Shown here one piece after another: positions 57,083-64,000 of a DNA stretch of 64,000 nt. Numbering within the stretch: position 1 is the first letter of the stretch; the number at the start of each line of letters is the position of its first letter. The stretch lies in the IMG/VR virus record IMGVR_UViG_3300037010_001275, positions 30,985 through 94,984 of that record. One strand, 5' to 3'. The translations under genes were made by a program, and so were the position numbers. Below the pieces are notes generated by a model that was given only the letters and a program-made list of their open reading frames with translations, was not told where the DNA came from and made no database searches. Source of the DNA: a virus.

Positions 57083-59656
57083 TTACAGGTAATCGATCTT
57101 GATGTCGTACTGGAAGTTATTGCCGTATCCGTCGTCTCCCCCAAGCTTCTTCACGCAGAGGTACTCTGGAACGTAGTCAACGGACTTCGTCATCTGATCC
57201 GTTTCGATCGGGGAGATGGTCTGGATGTTTGAGTTGTTCAACGTGTGAATCTGGATGAACGCGATGTCAGTGAACTTCTTCTCCAGCGCGGTGATCATGT
57301 TCGAGATTGAGAACCGGCGCTCGAGAGTCTGGTTACTGGCTTCGACAAGCTTCGCGATCTCAAGCTGGATCGAATAGTCTAAGTCCCGGCTGTAAAGTGT
57401 CTTCAGCTTGATTTGCAGGTGCAAACGGATGTCCACCGTATCGATGGAGTAGTTTCGGCTGATGCCACAGGTGTTAAAGAATTTTATGTCAAGCTTCGTA
57501 TTATTCTCCAGCGCCTCATCCGAATCGTCAAGAATTCGGAACAGCTGATACAGGGTCGCGTTGATATCGCGGTTGTACTTGTCGTTGAAGAAGAACTTTG
57601 CTTCAATCAGTGGCAGGCGCTTGATCATCACGATACCCGTCGACTTGTTCAGGTAAATCGGGCAGTGGACATACTCGGAGATATCCTCAGCAATTCCGAT
57701 CGTCTCGCTCGAATTGAATTCAATCACAGGGGTCGCCAACGTGAAGTCGGTAATGAATGAACCATCTTGAAGCTTTGCGTCGTAAACTGCGATATCGATG
57801 CGGTAGCGTCCGTTCAGCTCGATACTTGGAATGACAGTCTTGATGTCCTTCGGATCATAGAAGGTGTTCTCCACGATGTACCTGCCATCCGACGTAAAGG
57901 CGTCGCTGGTCAGGATGTCGAGGTAGAACTGGCCGGACGTCTGGATCTGCGTCATCGGTGCTATGCCGATGAGACGTTTCTCATCGTATAGCTTCGCCAT
58001 AACCTTTCGGCCTTCGAGTGCCTTAGTATCACCGAGAATGTTGCAGCTCATAACAAAGCGGTCGAGGTTGATCAAGGTATTGCGCTGCAATGTGAAGTTA
58101 TTCAGAGAGATCGTATCGAGTAAACCGGACTGGATGTTGGTCGGGTTGTAGACGAGTGGAACTTCGATCTGGTAATCTGTCTGGTACACATTTAACTTCG
58201 GAAACTCTTTGAAGTCGAGATTCGCGAGAAATGGGACGACAAACACGTAGGCATCTGAGTTGTACATATAGGGGTCTGGAATCTCTTCGCGTCCCAAAAG
58301 GCGATAGGATGATGTCGATCGATCGTAGATCACGATGGAACCAGCTTTGATCGAGAAGTTACGATCAGATATCTCCTGGAAGGAAATGGCGAGATCAACA
58401 GTATTCGTGGGAACTGTCGTATTGTCAGTCAGCCGGAGAAGCGTGTACACCGAGTATATACGGTGGAAGAAATCGTCACGTACCTTAATAACTCTCGTGT
58501 CAAGGTTCTTTTTGATGCGCGTCGTCTTCATCACATTGAACAGCAGCTCAAGGTCCTTCTCAGTGATGATCGAGTCGCGGGTTCGCAGCTTATTGATCAA
58601 TGCGATCTTGGACGCTTCGAAGTTGCCTTGATCCGTACCGCCAGTTGGGTCAGTCAGATTTATGATCGAGTAACCGATCTGGTCCATCCACGAGTTCACG
58701 GCGGTCACTACACCGGAGTAGGTGAAGTTCCCATCAGCCCCCTCACTCGTTAGCATCTCGACGCGAACGCGGCTATTGAAGGAAGGATTGAAATCACCTA
58801 CCTTTGGAGAGAAGTACACTCGAAGCGTCGTGTCATCCGTAAGTGTGTAGTATCCGTACTGAGTGTTGTCCGGGGTAATGGCCTCGCCAAAGTACATGTC
58901 GACCGTCGTCCACACGTCGCGATTTGCGAAGCGGTCGTCCGGTGTCTGGTAGAGAGTTGTGAACGACACGAGGTTCGAGCCAAAGTCGATGTCGTAAATA
59001 GAGCGCTCAAGGATATCGTTGTTGAGAACGTCATAGGTGACGGACTTCTTCGATAACTGGTAGAGGTTGAAGAAAATCGTAATGAGATCACCGTCCACGT
59101 TCACCTTCAAGTGCTCAGTCGTGATCAGCGGATCACGATAATTTGCATTCTCTGTGCTGGTGAGGTAATGAGCGTAGGCTGACTTCCCGGTGCTGTTGAT
59201 GCCAGTGTACCAGACCTTAAGTTCGATCGTGTACGGGAGCATGAATTTCTTGCCGCCAACGATAAACTCGAGGTCCTTCGGCAGGAGAAATACCTTGGTA
59301 CCCTCTGGAGCGTTGCTGTAACTGGAACTCGATGGGAGTGTCATGAGTCGATTGGCGTTCAGCTTCAGCGCCACCTGCGTCATGGATGGCTTTGCGAGGT
59401 CAATACTGTAGTCAAGTAGACGAGCCCAGTTGAAGATCGTGTTCTTCATGGACGCAGTGTTTAAGAAAAACTCCTTGTACAGCATGTTGCGGTGGAATGC
59501 CGCGTCTTTAGCAATGTGCGACGAGATGCCGGTGACGTACCCAAACATGCCGGTCTTCGCGGTCGAGATGTCATCGATCTTGAAGTAGTCTCTGGCGAGG
59601 TCGAGGAACATCTCGTCGTAGTTATAGCTCACCTCCGAGATGGTGGGTGTTGGCAT
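57083..59656 (-). CDS. Baseplate wedge protein (T4 gp6/baseplate J-like)
   Basis: EFFLNTA...IFNWARLLDY, LTSEGADGNF, PTGGTD and RDSIITEKD typical of gp6-like proteins. Confidence 0.7.
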   Translation of the reverse strand: MPTPTISEVSYNYDEMFLDLARDYFKIDDISTAKTGMFGYVTGISSHIAKDAAFHRNMLYKEFFLNTASMKNTIFNWARLLDYSIDLAKPSMTQVALKLNANRLMTLPSSSSYSNAPEGTKVFLLPKDLEFIVGGKKFMLPYTIELKVWYTGINSTGKSAYAHYLTSTENANYRDPLITTEHLKVNVDGDLITIFFNLYQLSKKSVTYDVLNNDILERSIYDIDFGSNLVSFTTLYQTPDDRFANRDVWTTVDMYFGEAITPDNTQYGYYTLTDDTTLRVYFSPKVGDFNPSFNSRVRVEMLTSEGADGNFTYSGVVTAVNSWMDQIGYSIINLTDPTGGTDQGNFEASKIALINKLRTRDSIITEKDLELLFNVMKTTRIKKNLDTRVIKVRDDFFHRIYSVYTLLRLTDNTTVPTNTVDLAISFQEISDRNFSIKAGSIVIYDRSTSSYRLLGREEIPDPYMYNSDAYVFVVPFLANLDFKEFPKLNVYQTDYQIEVPLVYNPTNIQSGLLDTISLNNFTLQRNTLINLDRFVMSCNILGDTKALEGRKVMAKLYDEKRLIGIAPMTQIQTSGQFYLDILTSDAFTSDGRYIVENTFYDPKDIKTVIPSIELNGRYRIDIAVYDAKLQDGSFITDFTLATPVIEFNSSETIGIAEDISEYVHCPIYLNKSTGIVMIKRLPLIEAKFFFNDKYNRDINATLYQLFRILDDSDEALENNTKLDIKFFNTCGISRNYSIDTVDIRLHLQIKLKTLYSRDLDYSIQLEIAKLVEASNQTLERRFSISNMITALEKKFTDIAFIQIHTLNNSNIQTISPIETDQMTKSVDYVPEYLCVKKLGGDDGYGNNFQYDIKIDYL

Positions 59657-59676
59657 GATGTTTACCTTTCAATTCG

Positions 59677-60720
59677 TTAAACTGCGTTATTGGGAAAGAC
59701 CAATTTGTAAGTCGGCATCTGCGTGAACGGATCCTTACCGGTGGCGCGAGTGCTCGGCAGGCGGGCGTTCCCGCCACTACCGATTTTTACTCCAGCACCC
59801 ATGTAGGTATTACCGGTGACGTTATCCAGACTACCGCCACTGGAGAGCAGGTTGAAGTCGCGTAGAACGTGCATACTCATATCTTCTTTGAAGGAGAATT
59901 GGTACTCAATCGGAACAGACTTCTTGATATCAATTGCGCCGTCTTCGCTGGTCATCTCACTCCATGGTGCCTTCGTCGGGAAGCACCCGGTATAGCGACA
60001 CCAGTGAATGAGCGTCTCGCCGTCTGGTTGGACGGCGAACTGGTAGATGCTGCTCATATAGTCAATAGTGCGTCGTGCGTTATCCAGCATGTCAGTCTCG
60101 AGTACGACACCTCCCGGAACACAATCGCCCATGAAGACTTTCTCGATGTACTCGATCCAAAGTCGATGCATCTTCATGATCGTTATGTATGTGTCCTCAA
60201 GGTAGTTAACGGTGAAGGTGCCACTAATGCGAGAATCCTTTGCTGTCGTACCGAGGACAATCTTGTATCTGTTCCAGGTCTCGCTGTAGTCGATAGTCGT
60301 CAGGACTTCATCAGACATCACAGCAGAAAGCGCCCGGTTCGTAAAGAGTGGGATAAATGGCTCAGCTCCGCCGAGTGTTTTGATGATAAACTCGTTGTAG
60401 ATTGAGTCACCGGCGTCTGGGAGGCCGAGCATTGCCGCGTTATGCTGCAAGACATCCATTGCATGGTTCCGATTTCCGAGCGATGGACTCGTAATATGAA
60501 TCGGAAGCTGCGGGGCGGTCACGAAGATATAATTGTACCCGACGACAAGCGGGTCCTCCTTGATCTTCCGGTTAAACCAGAAGTAATCCTGCTCGTTTCT
60601 CGTCTTATCCATGTAGTCTACATCATCCTTGGTGACACCGGGACGGTCGGAGTAGACGGGGATGCTGTTCATGTATTGCTGGAACTCAATTCCGAGATCC
60701 GCACTTCCGTATTCAGCCAT
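59677..60720 (-). CDS. Tail tube-like/baseplate tube initiator protein
   Basis: FTVNYLED...H.LW..Y...WCRYTGCFPT tube-fold pattern; late promoter at 60753-60764. Confidence 0.55.
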   Translation of the reverse strand: MAEYGSADLGIEFQQYMNSIPVYSDRPGVTKDDVDYMDKTRNEQDYFWFNRKIKEDPLVVGYNYIFVTAPQLPIHITSPSLGNRNHAMDVLQHNAAMLGLPDAGDSIYNEFIIKTLGGAEPFIPLFTNRALSAVMSDEVLTTIDYSETWNRYKIVLGTTAKDSRISGTFTVNYLEDTYITIMKMHRLWIEYIEKVFMGDCVPGGVVLETDMLDNARRTIDYMSSIYQFAVQPDGETLIHWCRYTGCFPTKAPWSEMTSEDGAIDIKKSVPIEYQFSFKEDMSMHVLRDFNLLSSGGSLDNVTGNTYMGAGVKIGSGGNARLPSTRATGKDPFTQMPTYKLVFPNNAV

Positions 60721-60861
60721 GATTGTTCCTTGTGGATTTTAGAGCTACAAATTATCATGATGTTTTCCATTACGTACATAAAAGAACCGACGCAAGGATG
60801 AACATTCTCTTAGAACGTCTAGATCACTAGGCTGAATTCTCTTCATTGTAAGGAATCCGAG

Positions 60862-61962
60862 ATGGCAAGTTCAACGTTTTTGGACAAAACCGCCGACAAC
60901 CTTGCGTCCCTCGCCTTATCTCTGGTGCCGGACGAGCTTGTTGACGGTATTAATCCGCACAAAAAGGTCACTGACCTCAACAAGGAAGCCCATAAGCTCA
61001 TGCTGGAGCTGTATGGTGTCTTCTCCACCAACATCCCATCGCCTACCATGCAGGCGATTCAGGGTATCATCTCCGCCAAGTACACCGTTACTGTCGAGGC
61101 TGTGCTAGATCAAGTCTTGACGCGCATCAAGGACAGTAAGGAAGCTGGCGAGAAGGTCGACACTGTCCGTGCCGTCAAGAGCGCACTCAGCGGTGGTGGC
61201 ATGCCTGTCAATGACACGCTACAGAGCGCCTATGATAAGGCCAACTTCTACGAGTCGATCCAGATCGTGTTCAATGAGTCATCGTTGGCGTCCACGACTA
61301 AGGTTGCTCTCGGCGAGGCTTCGAACTACGTTGAGCTCTCTGCCGTGAGTCGTGCCATCAGAGGCGAGACCACAGCGAGCGAAGTCTATCATGGCTCCTA
61401 TAATGGTAAGGACTTCAGTTTAGGCGTCACGTTCACCACAAAGGTCAATATGGTGCCGGTTGAGAGTGACAAACTGCTCGACATTATCGGTAACACGAAG
61501 TCCCGTAGCATGATGTTCAACTACCTCCAGCTTAAGGCTGGCACGATTTCGTTCATGAAGGGTTTCCTTATGAACTTGAAAGAGATCGACAAGGAGGTTC
61601 AGCGCAACGTTTCCGACTCTCTGGAGGACCGTATTCTGTCCTCAATGAGCAGTACTGGGGGTTTTATCACGCCGAAATTCTTCTCAACTCTGGCAGAAGC
61701 TCGCCACTACGTGATCTGCCTTGAGAAGTCTGATGTGGACACGTTGAAGAGTCAGTATAACTTTGATCTTAAGAAGCCGAATGCTCTACACCTCCTTTTT
61801 GATCGCTATAGCATTCTGTCGCTAGTCGTCGTAGATACCGTCGGTAAGAACATCACGTTCTACGACAGCGACAATCCACTGCGCGGCATCGTTTATAATT
61901 ATGAGAAAGATGTGGATCCAACCAACGCGCTATCTGTCTTCTCCAAGATGCTCCGGGGCTAA
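60862..61962 (+). CDS. Putative virion structural protein
   Basis: Late promoter at 60801-60812; 366 aa. Confidence 0.6.
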   Translation: MASSTFLDKTADNLASLALSLVPDELVDGINPHKKVTDLNKEAHKLMLELYGVFSTNIPSPTMQAIQGIISAKYTVTVEAVLDQVLTRIKDSKEAGEKVDTVRAVKSALSGGGMPVNDTLQSAYDKANFYESIQIVFNESSLASTTKVALGEASNYVELSAVSRAIRGETTASEVYHGSYNGKDFSLGVTFTTKVNMVPVESDKLLDIIGNTKSRSMMFNYLQLKAGTISFMKGFLMNLKEIDKEVQRNVSDSLEDRILSSMSSTGGFITPKFFSTLAEARHYVICLEKSDVDTLKSQYNFDLKKPNALHLLFDRYSILSLVVVDTVGKNITFYDSDNPLRGIVYNYEKDVDPTNALSVFSKMLRG

Positions 61963-61965
61963 GCC

Positions 61966-63093
61966 ATGCAGAAAACCGAATCCCTCGAGAAATTCCTCGA
62001 GTCCGCCGCCTACAATTACTTTACAAACTCTGATACTGACAAGTTCGCCTTTCACCGACTCTCTGCCGCCGAGAAGCGCGAGGTGTCGACGCAGCTCGTC
62101 ATCCATGAGTTCCTCGATCAGTCTGTCAACCTAAGCACCATTAAAGATGCCGCGAAGACAGATACCAGCAATGACACCGTAAATGGCGAGTCATACCAGC
62201 CAGCTGGTTCCCTAAGCGTGGCTTATTTCAACAAGATCCTTGCTTCTAACGGTGATATCCGTAAGACTCCGAATTATGCCAACAATCGCTCTTTGATCGC
62301 CTACGCCAAGTCCGTGGTGCAAAACACCAAGGAAACCGAAGGCTCTAAGGAGTTCATGCGTAAGTTGACGGAGCTTGAGCTGGCAATCAACAACCTCGAG
62401 AAGTATACGTCCGACTTCGTTAAGGCGATAGCCCAAGAGGCCAAGGAATTCGTTGAGGAGAAGAAACGCGTCATCACGCAGTTTTACCTGAACGTCGTGA
62501 CCGCCATCGACCTTGCCGTCGATGTTCTTTACTCCTCCTCAATCCAGGCCGTCATCGACCTAACCCAGAAGCCCGCGCTGGTCAGCTCCGTTTTCTTCGA
62601 ATGTAAGAAGGACCTTATCTCCGAGCTGCTGACGATGATCCACTACTTCAATTCGATGGCAATCTCCGGTAAGCTTCACAGTGCTTTGAGCTCTTCCAAT
62701 GTGCAGGCGCTTCAAACCGCCAAGGATAAGATCCTGAAGGAGAACAATGTTCTCGATGTGGTCTTCGCAGTCATCACGTCAAACCGCTGGACCGACCTTC
62801 TGCTTCTGCCGCTGTATATGGTGCGTATGATCGTTTATGTAGTCATGTACCTGAAAGCCTCCTACCAGAAGCTCGCCTTTAGCACCGCCAAGAGCGTCGC
62901 TATGATTCGCAGCAAGCAGATCACCGAAGAAGATTTTAAGGCTTACAAGAAGGAGGCCAACATGAAGGCCGTTCAGGTCGATCAAGCCACCAAGAAGGCG
63001 GCTATCGAAATCTCGACAACCGTGAAGAGCGACACGGAGGGCATCTCCAACCTCGCTAAGCAATCCAGTGCCTCTTCCAACACCCTTATCTAA
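61966..63093 (+). CDS. Putative virion (head) protein with hydrophobic segment
   Basis: Co-transcribed with upstream gene; FLE/LKE motifs and a TM-like stretch. Confidence 0.6.
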   Translation: MQKTESLEKFLESAAYNYFTNSDTDKFAFHRLSAAEKREVSTQLVIHEFLDQSVNLSTIKDAAKTDTSNDTVNGESYQPAGSLSVAYFNKILASNGDIRKTPNYANNRSLIAYAKSVVQNTKETEGSKEFMRKLTELELAINNLEKYTSDFVKAIAQEAKEFVEEKKRVITQFYLNVVTAIDLAVDVLYSSSIQAVIDLTQKPALVSSVFFECKKDLISELLTMIHYFNSMAISGKLHSALSSSNVQALQTAKDKILKENNVLDVVFAVITSNRWTDLLLLPLYMVRMIVYVVMYLKASYQKLAFSTAKSVAMIRSKQITEEDFKAYKKEANMKAVQVDQATKKAAIEISTTVKSDTEGISNLAKQSSASSNTLI

Positions 63094-63314
63094 GGTTCTA
63101 AGAGACGCAAGGAGAGTCGACGAAACCATCAAGCAAAACTATCGTTTGACTGGACGAGTCGGCTTTAATTCTTCATTTTGTCATTGCAAGAGGTTGCAGA
63201 CTGCAATTGTCAAAAAGTATTAAATGATGTTATCTCGACTTCTCTAGTTTAGAAAGTATATTATGTTAGAGGCTAGGAAACTCATTATCAATTTATCAAT
63301 TAAAGGAAACGAAA

Positions 63315-64000
63315 ATGGCACTGTTTCTCTCTGAATCCGTCGGCTACACCAAGTCCATCTCCCTCGAGGAGGCTCTGATCGAATTGCACTCTATTGCCAT
63401 GGAAGGCGGAGTCTTGACCGAGAGCCTGCTCCGCGCTGACTTTATTATCCACGAGCAATCCCGCAATCTGTCTGAAACCGATGAAGCTACGACATCCAAA
63501 GAAGTTAAGGTCAATAAAGAGATGGGCTTCTTCGCGAAGGCTTGGGAAGCCATCAAGGCTTTCTGTAAGAAAGTCTGGATGGTGATTAAGCGCATCTGTA
63601 AGGCCATCTGGGAAAAGCTGAAGATGTACTGGAACAAGATCACCGGCAACAATGGCAACATCACTAAGCCCAAGAAGGATATCGAAATCGCTCGTCTGAA
63701 GCTGGCTTTGGCTCAGGAATTGACTATCATTAGCGAGCGTACCTACCCCTCCGTTGAAGATATACGTCACTCCATCGAGAACGTCGCGGTCAAGTACGAG
63801 CACAAGATCGCTAATGCTGAAAAGCTAACCGGCACTATTGAGATCACCAAGGACGAGCTCGCCCAACTGTTCAGCGCTGCCAAACAGACTACTGAGAATG
63901 TTGATAAAGCTAATGAAGCGACCAACAATGAAGTTGATAAGGTTGACGGCGAAATCAAGGCTGGCAAGCCGGAAGCTAAGGCTCAGGCTGAAGTGGCCAA
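63315..64000 (+). CDS. Internal head protein-like, truncated by window end
   Basis: AAGGA RBS; MALFLSE..SLEE..AME..LTE propeptide-like region, then amphipathic GFFAKAWEAIKAFCKKVW helix typical of jumbo-phage inner head proteins. Confidence 0.7.
   Translation, partial: MALFLSESVGYTKSISLEEALIELHSIAMEGGVLTESLLRADFIIHEQSRNLSETDEATTSKEVKVNKEMGFFAKAWEAIKAFCKKVWMVIKRICKAIWEKLKMYWNKITGNNGNITKPKKDIEIARLKLALAQELTIISERTYPSVEDIRHSIENVAVKYEHKIANAEKLTGTIEITKDELAQLFSAAKQTTENVDKANEATNNEVDKVDGEIKAGKPEAKAQAEVA

Larger units (their letters stand above)
7167..60812. promoter_or_regulatory. Dispersed AR9-like late promoters AACA-N6-T(A/G)
   Basis: Plus strand at 7167, 9309, 10650, 13435, 31855, 35987, 38157 and 60801; minus strand at 29526, 31826, 45743, 48649, 49856, 56744 and 60753; all intergenic and in sense orientation. 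Confidence 0.7.

Overview
This 64 kb window comes from a jumbo myophage of the AR9/PBS1/phiR1-37-like type (phage-encoded multisubunit RNA polymerases), with roughly balanced GC. The host is probably Gram-negative, because the window has a two-component spanin and a Proteobacteria-type split NrdJa/NrdJb ribonucleotide reductase. It carries four split RNAP subunits (probable non-virion beta'-N and beta-C; probable virion beta'-middle and beta-C) and a candidate AR9 gp226-like sigma factor two genes from a GroEL-like chaperonin. Replication and recombination genes include an SF1B helicase, RecA/UvsX, RNase H, primase and a DHH phosphoesterase. There are also baseplate, spike, PAAR and head genes. 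Two group I introns are present: one in RNAP beta-C (with an HNH relic) and one in nrdJa (with a LAGLIDADG ORF). A small tRNA cluster is partly decaying. Two promoter classes can be read from the DNA: an early-type GTATCT-N15-RTATAT and an AR9-like late AACA-N6-TA. The most novel-looking items are (i) a stand-alone, ORF-less, multi-branched ~290-nt RNA with its own promoter and terminator at 37.6-37.95 kb, (ii) an alternating hairpin-repeat array upstream of the tRNAs, (iii) unrelated proteins (SET domain, membrane AAA ATPase, permuted papain amidase) sharing a short N-terminal ...LLxE leader that suggests capsid packaging and injection, and (iv) a probable -1 programmed frameshift in a tail/baseplate chaperone. 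All calls come from motif reading by eye; no database searches were run.
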